Positions 1 through 11,820 of a stretch of DNA of 64,000 nt are shown in pieces (position 1 is the first letter of the stretch; each line of letters starts with the position of its first letter). The position numbers and the translations under genes are program-made. The DNA is from Eledone cirrhosa. Lineage: Eukaryota. The stretch covers positions 57,660,001 to 57,724,000 of the forward strand of contig OZ024744.1 of the NCBI GenBank assembly GCA_964016885.1, read 5' to 3'. Below the pieces are notes generated by a model, which saw nothing but the letters and a program-made list of their open reading frames with translations, did no database searches and was not told where the DNA came from.

Positions 1-404
1 ACTTGGAAGAATCATTAGGTATGTTGTCAGTGAAAAGGGCATGACCCAAAAAATAAATTTAGATTTTATTTATCCTTTTTTTTTTCCACAATCAGAACCT
101 CTGAAATTCAAACAAAATGTGAAGGCTATTTTAAAAAGCATAAATAAAATAAAATAAAAAATAAATTTACCATTGGCTTATGAATGGCTGCCTATAACAA
201 AGCACTACCTGACATCACTCATCCTCCTCAAGATTACCACTGCAAAACAACACTTATTACTCTTTCCTTCTCCTGCTGAAGAATGACTCCCTTTCTCAAC
301 AACTTGTAGTTCCCCCTTACCCTGCTCCCATCTTCCACCTAAAGTCATATCACTGCCTTTCCCTGCTTGGCCAAGGAAACAAGGAGTCCATTAATACCTT
401 AATG

Positions 405-730
405 TTATAAAGTAGTAGTGCTGGTGTCACAATAAAATACTCGCAGCCCACTCTGTAAAGTGGGTGTGTTTATGTTACAATGAAATGCACCCTGTAAAGT
501 GGTAGTGTTGTTGCCTTGAGAAAATGCACTCAGTCAGCCCCTGTAAGGTGGTTGTGCTTGTGCCACAATAAAATGTACACAATGCACTCTGTAAACTGAT
601 AGGACTGGTGCTATAAGAAAATGCACCCAGTCCACTCTGAAAATTAGTAGTGTTGGTGCCACAAGAAGATGCATCTGGTCCACTCTGTAAAATGGTTGTT
701 TTGGTACCACAATAAAATGTATCCAGTACA
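405..730 (+). repeat. Degenerate ~49-bp tandem repeat (ctctgtaaagtggtagtgctggtgccacaataaaatgcacccagtcca-like)
   Basis: CTGTAA-type anchors recur at ~539, 588, 637 and 685. The same module sits inside the SINE 3' region at 18295-18350. Confidence 0.75.
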
Positions 731-874
731 TAGAAATTTTGCTAAAATGGAATGTATGAACAAGAATTGGTTATCTGATCTGTCTAGTTTCAGAACATGG
801 CAACCCATCTAACACATGCCAGAATAGAAAACACACAAAACAGTGATGTTTTATATATATATATATACATGTGA

Positions 875-1190
875 AGGCAAATAGCTTTGAGGCTAGAGCA
901 TTTGGCTAGCAATTGTGAGTTCAATTTTCAGACCAGGTGATATGTTGTGTCCTTGAGAAAGACACTTTATTTCATATTACTCTAGTTCACTCAGCTGTAG
1001 AACTGAGTTGCAATGTCACCCAAGTTTTATCAGCCTTTGCTCTTCCTTGGACATCATCAGTGGCATAGAGAGGGGAGACTGGTATGCATGAGAAACTGGT
1101 GGTCTTCCACAAACAACCTTACCTAGATTTGTGCCTCGGAGGGGAACTTTCTAGGTGCTGATCCCATGGCCATTCGTGACCAAAGGGGTT
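875..1190 (+). mobile_element. tRNA-derived SINE, CORE-like family
   Basis: Degenerate A/B boxes (gagttcaattttc) and the CORE-like motif tgtgtccttgagaaagacactt. Similar to copies at 18131 and 12870-13250. Confidence 0.7.
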
Positions 1191-1199
1191 CTATGTATA

Positions 1200-1306
1200 T
1201 ATATATATAAATATATGAACATGCTAATATTGACTATCTATAATGAAATCATATATATATATATATATATATATGAACATGCTAATATTGACTATCTATA
1301 ATGTAA

Positions 1307-1340
<34 letters not shown>

Positions 1341-1425
1341 GAACATGCTAATATTGACTATCTATAATGTAATTATATGTATATACATATATTATTACAT
1401 TATAGATATTCAATATTAGCATGTC
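1200..1425. repeat. Three direct copies and one inverted copy of a ~35-bp unit embedded in (TA)n
   Basis: atgaacatgctaatattgactatctataatg starts at ~1215, 1273 and 1339; an approximate reverse complement lies at ~1391-1425. Confidence 0.85.
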
Positions 1426-2230
1426 CATGCATTATTATGCATATTTGAGCAACAACAGCTTCCATGTTTTTTACATTATTTACCCACTGGTGCAACGAAA
1501 GGACAAAGTTTTACATTATCGAGTAGATTATTATACTGATCTTGTTTTACAAAATACTTCAGAACATGAAATTTGGCTCAAATCCTCTGATGAAACATAA
1601 AAGAAAGAACTTTTAGAGTTGTTAAAAAGAAACTTAAAGTTTGTCCCAAACCAAGAGATTCATCAGCTGGCAACTTATCCAGGCTTCTGTGCTATTAAGC
1701 AACAGAGTACAAGATTCTCTTGCATAGGACACTAGTCTATTCCAGGATTAGCCTCTAGTTACTGTTGCTGATACTCATTCTGATTCCAAACATGTATATA
1801 GCTACAATCACCAGGAATAAAGTCATGGTAATTTGAACAATAGGTCAATGTTTGACAGCTATATTACCTAGGGCTTATCATTTTTTCAACTTTTAGTTAG
1901 ATTTAACTGAAATCTTGGGAATAGTGTTATTTGTTCCAAAATCTACTCCTATGCCAAGTTTCACTAAAATCAAAGAGGTGATAGTATTATTTCCAATTTT
2001 GTAAGATAATCTAGTTACATTTCTCAAAGGTTTTGCTTTCTATCTCCCTTTCTCCAAATAAACTGGTATGTGGATTTCAACTGATTATCTATGAACTGTT
2101 AATCCTATACATTATCTCCTAAGTTTCCACAAATATCAAATCTTACAATGGAGGTTGTTCTATTTTCACTTTTCTCTTTTAGAATTTATATATTTTTAAT
2201 GATAACTAAAGTTAATATTTTATTTATCAG

Positions 2231-2289
2231 GTGTTTGGAATGGTCTCAGTGGGACTATGGAAAAGCAGCACAAACATTTATATACAATG
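2231..2289 (+). CDS. Candidate internal exon encoding a TAP-C/UBA-like helix (CLEWSQWDYGKAAQTF), NXF1-like
   Basis: Pyrimidine-rich tract, then ttatcag|G...ATG|gtgagt canonical splice sites. The peptide resembles the NXF1 C-terminus CLQDNNWDYTRSAQAF (recalled, not searched). Confidence 0.55.
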
Positions 2290-3576
2290 GTGAGTACGTT
2301 ATAATTGTAAACAATAACGATGATAACAATAATATCAATAGTGATAACAGCAACAACAACAACATGCTGTAGTTTTCAGTGATGTTTTTTTTTAATCAAT
2401 TTCACTCTCAACCCTAAGAAAATCATGTCCATTTTCTCAGCTTTCTTCTGTCAACTTTAGCCAATGTCTTAATCTATTTGGCCACAGAAATATAAAGCAC
2501 TGAAATCCACAGACCACGATGCCAATACAACTGCTACATCATAAACCAAGGTTAGTTTTGTACACAAGCCAAATTTTACAACCTCTTCATTTCTACAGAT
2601 ATCTAACTGGAATCATAAAAGTCTTCAATTTTGTATCCCATTTCCCAAGAAATAAACACTTCACTACTAAATACCACCCTACAAACAAGGCCTCTTAGAA
2701 GTTGGTGATGAATTATGCCTTTTCAGAATGTCTCACTCTGTCGACTCTGACTTACACCAACTATGTGACTATCTCCAATATGCTTTGTTCTCTTCTCCAT
2801 CAATAATATTGTGTCAACCACTATCAACTCCACACATTACTATGTAGATAACAAACCATCCAGGCAGCAGCCATCATCTTTCAATTTATTAACCCACCGA
2901 CTGTTAATGTCATCTACACCTGACATACATCAACTTTGTCTTGATTGAACAGCATTTAAATATACACAATCTTTGACTTCTCTTCATTTATGTCCTACTT
3001 TAATGGCATTTTAATTGGAAGCAGCTCCTGTCTTCATCTATATATCCATGTGTGATTGATTGGGCAAAAGTTTGCCTACTAATGTTTGACACACTTGTCA
3101 AATTAATTACTTAATCTTAGAAAAGAGACAGCATTATATAGAGAGATAGTTATAAAGATAGACAGTTATATCTGTCTGCTAACTTGATAGAATTGTGGCT
3201 TTCTATCTTATCTTGGCCTCATTGCGTTAGAATCTTAAAAATACATATGAATCATTGATAACATTCTCCTCAAAATTCCACATACAAATCAGTCAATCTA
3301 AATCATCTATTGATGATCGGTTATTAAATATTGTCTCTTTTGTGTTTTTCTAACAAAAAAGCAAAATAAATTAATTAATTAAAGAAAAAGCATAAAACTC
3401 CAGAAAACAAACATCAAAAACCAAACAAAAACAAATTTTAATCATCAAATTCAAATGTCACTTATAGTAATTACTGTGTTGGGGCAAAAACATATTTACA
3501 GAATTGTGTCATAGTAGTATTATTCATAGCAATGATTATATTTAACAAAAAAGTGTTTATTTTCCATTATTAACAT

Positions 3577-3835
3577 TCTTCTTCTTCTTCTTCTTCTTCT
3601 TCTTCTTCTTCTTCTTCTTCTTCTTCTTCTTCTTCTTCTTCTTCTTCTTCTTCTTCTTCTTCTTCTTCTTCTTCTTCTTCTTCTTCTTCTTCTTCTTCTT
3701 CTTCTTCTTCTTCTTCTTCTTCTTTTTTCTTTTATTTCTTTTTTTCTTTCTTTTTTTCCCCCTTTTTTTTCTTTTTATTTTTTTTTTATTTTTTCTTCTT
3801 TTTCTTTTTTTTTCTTTTTTTTCTTTTTTTCTTCT
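3577..3835 (-). repeat. (GAA)n microsatellite plus A-rich tract forming the tail of the adjacent RTE relic
   Basis: Perfect (TTC)n over ~3577-3723, followed by a T-rich degenerate tract abutting the LINE 3' end. Confidence 0.9.
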
Positions 3836-4725
3836 TGAGAGGGTCATTGAGACTGAGTTATCAAACACTCCTTGCCAGAAACAAGGATCTACCCCTTGGT
3901 CTCCTGCCAGTACATGTAAAATCTGTTCAGCAATTCTTTCCTGAGACATTCTGACCACATGCCCATACTATTGGAGCTGTGATCTCTCAATTCAGAGAAG
4001 TAGTGGCTCTACTTGAAATGACTCTCTGATCTCTAAACTATGCACTCTATTGAGTAACATTATTCCAAAGACCCTTCAGAGGAACCCTATTTCAGCTGCT
4101 TGTAATTGCAATCATATTATTTCAGGCATTACCTAAGATTCATGACCATAGGTAAGAGTTGGCACAAATACTGAATTGAAAATAACAAGTAGAGTTTTCA
4201 CACTTACCTCCTTCCTTTTGATGACTGAATGCTGAAGCTGGCACATTGCTGCACTAGCGCCTGCAATTCTTGCACTTAATTCAACCTCCTGCCTTCCATC
4301 ATCCGTGAATACATCCCCAAGATATTTAAACTTCTCCACCTGATTCACTGGCATTCCCCTCACATATATAGTGCACTGTATAGGCTTCCTTGAGAGGATA
4401 CGTGACTCAGTCTTTGCAGCAATGATTTTCATTCCTGCCATGCAGTACTTGACAACAATACCATGCTGCTTGCAAAATCCTACCGAAGGATTCTAAACCT
4501 GCTAGTTTTGATATCATTTCCAGGCAAAGTGAGAGAATGAACCCTGGCAGAGTCGGACACCCCCCATTGAATGGTTTCAACTTAACACCATTCATCTGAA
4601 CCCAAATACTAGGGTATTTGTATAGAGACATCAGGGCAACAAGAAGCTGTCCATCAATCCCATACTCCTGCAGAACCTTCCACAACAATTCAATGTAAAC
4701 TCCCATACTTTATGTAGCTTGTCTC
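3836..4725 (-). mobile_element. RTE-clade LINE relic (RT C-terminal half), frameshifted
   Basis: ORF fragments LWKVLQEYGIDGQLL, VEKFKYLG, ELSARIAGASAAM and VFVPTLTYGHES are typical of RTE RT. Confidence 0.85.
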
Positions 4726-4797
4726 TGTAATGTCCTCTTGTTAAGTACTCTTGTCGCAAATTTAAGAAATCATTTTTATTATTATTGTTGTTGTTCA

Positions 4798-5015
4798 GGG
4801 TGGTGTATTGGCAGTATCGGTGGAGTGTCGGACAACATGCTGTGTAGCATAGAGTTACGGCCCTTTATGATCTGAGTTCAAATCCCTCCGAGGTTAACTT
4901 TGCCTTTCATCCTTACGGGGTCGATGAAATAAAGTACCACACACTGGGGTTGATTTAATTGACTTTTCCCTCCCCTTCAAATTGCTGGCCTTGTGACTAT
5001 ACTAGAAATCATTAT
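4798..5015 (+). mobile_element. tRNA-derived SINE with Deu/Nin-like central domain
   Basis: A box tggcagtatcgg, B box gagttcaaatcc, then gcctttcatccttacggggtcgatgaaataaagtacc. More than 10 related copies occur in the window. Confidence 0.85.
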
Positions 5016-5624
5016 TATTGTTGTTGCTCTTTCTTATTATTTATGAATTCTTTTCAACATTAATTTAACATTTATTTAAATTTTTTCTTTCCATGTTGGT
5101 TTAGGTTTGACAGAAATCAATAAAATTTGTTATATAGTGTTTATATTAAGAGTGGGGCAGAAGAACTGCATTTTCTTATTGATAGTAATAATTATAATTT
5201 TAAAATTGGTTTTGGTGTGATTGCTTGAAGATTCTATCAGTGTTGTTTTTGTTGTTATTATTAAAAATGATGAGGCTTGGCCCTGATACATTGGCCAATT
5301 ATCAGTCAATTAACCATGTTTCGATTCCATGTAAGCTAATTGAAAGTGATAATTTCAAATGTAATAATGGCTTAATTTTGTGTAAACCACTTAGGAGTAT
5401 GAAGTGATTACATGATAACAGATGTGATGTTCTTTTTCTTCTTAGGATCTTTCATTAGGATCTCTATATATATTTGATATTGTGGATCATTGTTTTCGGT
5501 GTGATGGAGGAGTGAGTTCTTCACTATATACATGGAAGGTTTTAGTTTAGATCAGACCTGTTTATTTTCTTACGGGATTGTACTTGTCTGGCAAGTGACT
5601 TGATCTGAAACTGTGAAACAATTG

Positions 5625-5843
5625 TAGCCATTTAAATCGGCCACAACCGACCAGAATTCTCTCACTTCTTTCTGTTCAAACCGGCTGTAACAGGCCACTC
5701 ATACTGATTTTAAGGTATTGTTCTTAAAATAAATAATATCAAAATCTCATAGATTCGATATTATGAGATAATTATGTGAGGTAAAGCCTTTACTGGGAAA
5801 ATATAGTAGTAAATATAGTGTAATGTAAATGCTAAAGGGTTAA
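5625..5843. mobile_element. piggyBac-like MITE (one terminus degenerate)
   Basis: Ends taaatgctaaaggg-TTAA; internal sequence matches copies at 25080 and 41051. Confidence 0.7.
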
Positions 5844-6442
5844 AAACACAAAAACTATTAACTTCACATTACATTCATTATCTGGAACCATGTCAGTGAC
5901 TAGGTCATAAAAGGTGTCAGTTTTATACTTACTATATCTGGAAGCAAGTATGCTTCATACTACATGACCTATCTGCAACAACTAAGAAGTATGTGTCCAA
6001 AACCCACATCAGAGGATATCTTTCACATTTGCTGCCCATCTTTCATCCAATACTCCTCCTTTACTACTTCACAAATTTCACATACATGCCAAGAGTAAAA
6101 AAAAAGCAGTACAACCTGTCTGACCTTGAAAAAAATGCTTGCATCTCCCTGCTTCCATTAATGCTTGCATCTCCCTGCTTCCTACTCTATGATAAATACT
6201 ATTATTTCCAGAGTCAGATCTACTAGGGACCTACCTTTCTATTTGGTCCCTTGCTCTTGGGGAAACTTCCTGTTAGATCACACCTTTGTAGCATGCACTG
6301 CTGGTATGTTCTCTGGCCCACAGTCCATTAACTCTGGTCTACCCCAAACTGTCATTACCTCATCTTCCTTTTGTACATTAATGAGCTGATTGTTGTCACC
6401 TTTAAAATTCTTACTCCCATACATATGACACCAGACACAAGT

Positions 6443-6555
6443 ATGAAGCCTGCCATGGACTCCTGCAAGGCTAACATCATCATCATCATCATCGTTTAAC
6501 ATCTATCTTTGATGATGATGATGTTAGCCTTGCGAGAGTCCATGGCAGGCTTCAT
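6443..6555. repeat. Near-perfect hairpin with ~45-bp arms
   Basis: atgaagcctgccatggactcctgcaaggctaacatcatc... is followed by ...gatgatgttagccttgcgagagtccatggcaggcttcat. Confidence 0.9.
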
Positions 6556-6964
6556 CTCTGCTTTAATAGGGGAGTTAACCTTAAAATGGTTTTTGTGTGT
6601 TGTAATGTTATGTGATACAGTCCATCTGACAGGCTTCCAAACAGTATCCATCTACCTGAGGCTATGATAAATGGTACTTGCCCAAGATGCTACACAATGG
6701 GATTGAACCTCAAAACTAATGGTTGTGATGCAAACTTCTTAATCAGTCAGTCATGCTGCATCACCTTATAAAAAAAAATATATATATATGGACAGATGCA
6801 ACATGGCTATGTGGTTAAGGAGTTTTCTTCAGAACCCCATGGTTACAGGTTCAGCCCCACTGTCTTTTAATATAGCCCTGTTCTAACCAATGCTTTGTGA
6901 GTGAAATTTGATAGACGGAAACTGTGCAGAAGTTTGTCATATACATACACATATATATATACAT

Positions 6965-7016
<52 letters not shown>

Positions 7017-7552
7017 CACACACACATGCACACATACACACACACACATGTACACATACACAGGCACATATATATAGCAAAGGTAAAACTATATATGTAG
7101 AGAATTATATATGAGAGTATAATTAGCTCAATGTGTTTATATATTATATTAGTCTGAAGAAAAAGTAGATTTTTTTTAGGGAGAAAGAATTGGAAAGGTA
7201 GACATTCAATTTAATATGTTTTTTTTTAATCTTCTGAAAATGCTGAAGTACAAGCAATGCCCATATATCATTTTGTATGTATAGATCTTGATTATAGGAA
7301 TTTTCACCTAAGATACTTTAAAAAATGTGATGTACAACTCTATTGAAACATGCGTAAGGAATTAAAAATGATTTAAAATTTAATTTTTCCATCTATATAT
7401 TTAATTATATATAGACACACACACACATATTCAAACAAACAAACACACACATACATATATATAGTAATAATAATAATAAATGTGAAGGCTAAAATCCGAA
7501 GAGGGCTTGATAAGGATAATATATATATAAAATATATAAAACCGTAGAGCAA

Positions 7553-7712
7553 ATATTTATGAAAATAACAGCTTAAAGTTTTTATGCAAAGAATCGCTGC
7601 TTTCACCTTTAACAGGATCTTCTGAAACTAAAAAAAATCTGTGTCAGAAGATCCCGTTAAGGGTGAAAGTAGCGATTCTTTGCTTAAACTTTAATGTTAT
7701 TTTAATAAATAT
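7553..7712. repeat. Fold-back element with ~70-bp imperfect arms, between TA tracts
   Basis: 7553-7625 is approximately the reverse complement of 7644-7712, leaving an 18-nt loop. Confidence 0.85.
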
Positions 7713-8289
7713 ATATATATATATATATATATTCTTATACCTTTATGGGATTTAATCATTAGACTGCGACTATGTTGAGACACCACCTTGATTTAGACAA
7801 TCATATCGACCGCATTATCATCATTATCACAGTTTAACATCTATTTTCCATGCTTGCATGGGTTAGATGGGTTGTCATGTTATGAAGCTGATCAAGTCAG
7901 GGGACCAAATCTTGCTCATGCAGATCTGATTTTCGTTTTTCTAGAGCTGCATACCCTTCTGATGTACTAACTGTCACTTTCACACTGTCACAATCATCTA
8001 AGTGCTTATCAGGTTTCATGATTGATCCTACTTCATGGCATTTTGGGCAAAGTGTTTTTACCATAGCTTTAGATCAACTTGAGCCTCATAAGTGGAATTG
8101 GGTAGGTGGCAGCTGTGTGGAAGCCTGTCAGATTGATTGTATCTATAAACTCCAGTCTGTGTCACATGTGTCATGTTGATTCAGATTAAGGGCAAGTATA
8201 TCTATGGAATACTCAACTACATATGTGACCAGTTCATTGAACAAGTAAATGCTCATTGTCAAAAGTGACTGATTACCAATCATCATCAT

Positions 8290-9765
8290 TATACACAACA
8301 ACATCAACATGCAACACTACCACCATCACAAAATTACCACCACACCGAACATCACACAAGCAGCAGTACCACCAAGTCATCATCACAACTGACACCATTG
8401 TCACACCACCATCACTACTGCCAACATCATCACACTATCACCATCACCATGCCACCACCAACACCATACCACCACCACCACTACACCACACCACCACTAT
8501 CACCACACCACCACCAACACCATCACTACACCACTCCCATAACACCACTGCTATCACCACACCACTACATCACTATCACCGCACCAACACCACACCCCCA
8601 GCATCACCACCGCCACAATCACCACCACCACAATCACCACCACCACCACAATCACCACCACCACCACAATCACCACCAACAACACAACACCACCATCACC
8701 ACACCACCACCATCACCACACCACCTCCACCATCACCACACCACCACCAGCATCACCACACCACCACCACCACCACACCACCACCACCACCACCACCAGC
8801 ATCACCAAACCACCACCACACCACCACTACCACACAACCACCACCAGCACATAACCACCACCAGCACACAACCACCACCATCACCATCACATCACTACCA
8901 TCATCATCACCACACCATCACCATCACCGCACCACCACCATTACCACACCACCACCACCACACCACCACCACACCACATCACCACCACACCATCACCACA
9001 CCACTACCTTCACCATCACCACACCACTACCATCACCACCACACCACCACCACACCACCACCACCACCACACCACCACCAGCATCACCAAACCACCACCA
9101 CACCACCACTACCACACAACCGCCACCACCACACAACCACCACCATCACCACACCACCACCACACCATCACCACATCACTACCATCATCATCACCACACC
9201 ATCACCATCACCGCACCACCACCATCACCACACCACCACCACCACCACCACCACACCACATCACCACCACACCATCACCACACCACTACCATCACCACCA
9301 CACCACCACCATGACCACACCACCACCACCACACTATCACCACCACACCACCATCACCACCATCACCACCATCACCACACCACCACCATCACACCACCAC
9401 CACCATCATCACACCACCACCACACTATCGCCACCACACCACCACCACCACCACCACCACCACCACCACCACCACCACCACCACCACCACCACCACCACT
9501 CCACCACCACCACACCTCACCATCACACCACCACCACCACCATCACACCACCACACCATCACCATCACATCACCACCACCATCACCATACCATCACCATA
9601 CCATCACCACACCATCACCACTACCACACCACCACCACCACCAGCACACCACCACCATCACCACCACCACACCACTACCACCACACCACCACAGCATCAC
9701 CATCACCACACCACCACCACACCACCACTACACCACTACCATCACTACACAACCACCAACACCTT
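8290..9765. repeat. Degenerate (CAC/ACC)n low-complexity tract
   Basis: Almost entirely C/A triplets; gives His/Thr/Pro ORFs in all three forward frames. Confidence 0.95.
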
Positions 9766-9859
9766 TCATTGCCAAATAACTCCTATCTTTTTCCTGCTGT
9801 TAGTCTAGTCTGTTACATGCTCTCAATGCATAACATTATGTTTGTTACAGTTGTTTAAT

Positions 9860-10122
9860 CAATAGAACAGCCTGCTCCTGAAATGAGTGTATAAGTAGCT
9901 GAACATTCCACACACATTTGTACCCTTAAATAGTTCTTAGGGAGAATTAGTATGACACTTGAGTGAATGTAAAAAGGCTGGCTGTTCGATTGACAGGCAC
10001 AACTCATTTTTTTTCCAGTTGATTGGAGTAATGTGAAATAAAGTGACTTGCTTAAGGAATCAAATTCATGAACTTATGATGATCAGCTGACAACCACCCT
10101 AACCACTAATACATGTGCCTTC
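9860..10122 (-). mobile_element. CORE-like tRNA SINE, degenerate
   Basis: gtgaaataaagtgacttgcttaagga...cctaaccactaatacatgtgcct is the reverse complement of the family head. Confidence 0.6.
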
Positions 10123-10129
10123 AAGCATA

Positions 10130-10322
10130 ATAATTGTTTCTACTTTTGGCGCAAGGCCAGCAATTATCCGAGTACATTACTGGTACTTTATTTTATTGAC
10201 CCCGTAAGGATGAAAGGCGAAGTTAACCTGGGCTGAATTTGAACTCAGATCGTAAAGAACTATAACTCTATGCTGTAAAGCATGGCATCCAACCCTTTAC
10301 CAATACTGCCAATCCACCGCGA
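10130..10322 (-). mobile_element. Deu/Nin-like tRNA SINE
   Basis: Reverse complement of the 4798 family (gaccccgtaaggatgaaaggc, tttgaactcag, tactgccaatccacc). Confidence 0.85.
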
Positions 10323-10435
10323 ATTTCATGTTCTGTCAAAGAGCCAACCAGAATAATCACAGTGGGCTCATTACACGTTGGTGATTGTTGTAATATATAT
10401 ATATATGTGTGTGCATGTATGTGTATCCCATTCTT

Positions 10436-10471
10436 TCTTCTGATGAAGGACTAGCGTCCGAAACGTCAAGA
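10436..10471 (+). ncRNA. Minimal type-I hammerhead ribozyme motif (Penelope-type)
   Basis: TCTT-CTGATGA-a-GGAC tagc GTCC-GAAA-CG-TC-AAGA: stem I TCTT/AAGA, stem II GGAC/GTCC, palindromic ACGT stem III, GUC triplet. Confidence 0.75.
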
Positions 10472-10809
10472 CCCTCTTCCTGTTATATCAAGCGTTAACC
10501 TAATATATACCTTCCATATACTGTACCGATTGTGTTGTTATTTCTGTTTACCTTTTACATACACATATATATATATATCTAGGGAGTGTAACATGCAGTT
10601 AATGTAGGTTTCACCCGAGTAAACACTCGATGCGTAGTTTCCTCGTCGGTAACAAGGTGTAGAACTAAACAGACCTCTGCTGTGGTCATTACCAGAGTCA
10701 GGCCAGATCGATATGGATCAAACCTTGAGGTGATCAATAGCGAAACGCGCGTCTCTACTCAATAAACGTAATGAAGACATAACAAATCATCCTTTTATTA
10801 TTATCTCTC

Positions 10810-10910
10810 GCCGAGGTTGACTTTGCCTTTCATCCTTACGGGGTCGATAAAATAAAGTACCAGTAATACACTGGGTAATTGCTGGCCTTGTGCCTAAAGT
10901 AGAAACAATT
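10810..10910 (+). mobile_element. 5'-truncated Deu/Nin-like SINE
   Basis: gccgaggttgactttgcctttcatccttacggggtcgataaaataaagtaccag. Confidence 0.8.
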
Positions 10911-11193
10911 ATTATATGTACATATATATTTATATATATATATGTATATAGGAAAAGAGTCATGACCCCGACGGCAGAGCTCAAGCCATTTCAATGACTA
11001 TTTCTGGACTGAGTCCAGAAAAAGCCGTCGAAACGGCTTTAGCTCTGCCATCGGGGTCTTGTCTCTTTTCCTATTACCCACTCTACTACCCAAAGTATCG
11101 AGTACTCTGGTGCATTTTGGTCCACCCAGTTCCTTACCACACTTCCTTTGTTATATATATTTATAAATATATATATATATACACATATACAGA

Positions 11194-11273
<80 letters not shown>

Positions 11274-11476
11274 ATGGGGGGGGGTTGTATGTATAAGGAT
11301 ATTGATCAGTGGTTTTGACTAAATGATAGGACATCTCATCATGAAAAGCCTTTTGTTGACCAATGGCTATTGATTAGTCTGTTCCACCATATATTTATCC
11401 ACATCCCCATCTACCCCTCACATCCTTCCAACTGCTATCTCTCTATTTATTTATTTATTTATCTATCTAAATATAT

Positions 11477-11479
<3 letters not shown>

Positions 11480-11547
<68 letters not shown>

Positions 11548-11680
11548 GTATATATATATATGTGTACATATATATATATATATATATACACATGTGTACA
11601 TATATATATACACATGTGTACATATATATATATATGTACACATGTATATATATATATATATATATATACATGTGTACATA

Positions 11681-11717
<37 letters not shown>

Positions 11718-11762
11718 GTGTACATATATATATATATATATGTACACATGTATATATATATA

Positions 11763-11815
<53 letters not shown>

Positions 11816-11820
11816 GTATG
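11480..11820. repeat. (TA)n microsatellite punctuated by tgtacacatg/catgtgtaca motifs
   Basis: Directly visible; the source of the YIYI ORFs on both strands. Confidence 0.95.

Noticed and set aside
1588-1606. CTGATGA..GAAA hammerhead candidate
   Set aside because: No pairing for stems I, II or III.
3557-3958. Poly-lysine ORF
   Set aside because: Translation of the (AAG)n and A-rich LINE tail.
4798-4895. tRNA gene calls at A/B-box motifs
   Set aside because: No cloverleaf could be formed; the boxes continue into multi-copy SINE bodies.
8256-9858. 352-, 486- and 165-aa His/Thr/Pro-rich ORFs
   Set aside because: All three frames are open because the C/A triplet repeat lacks stops; no domain or splice evidence.
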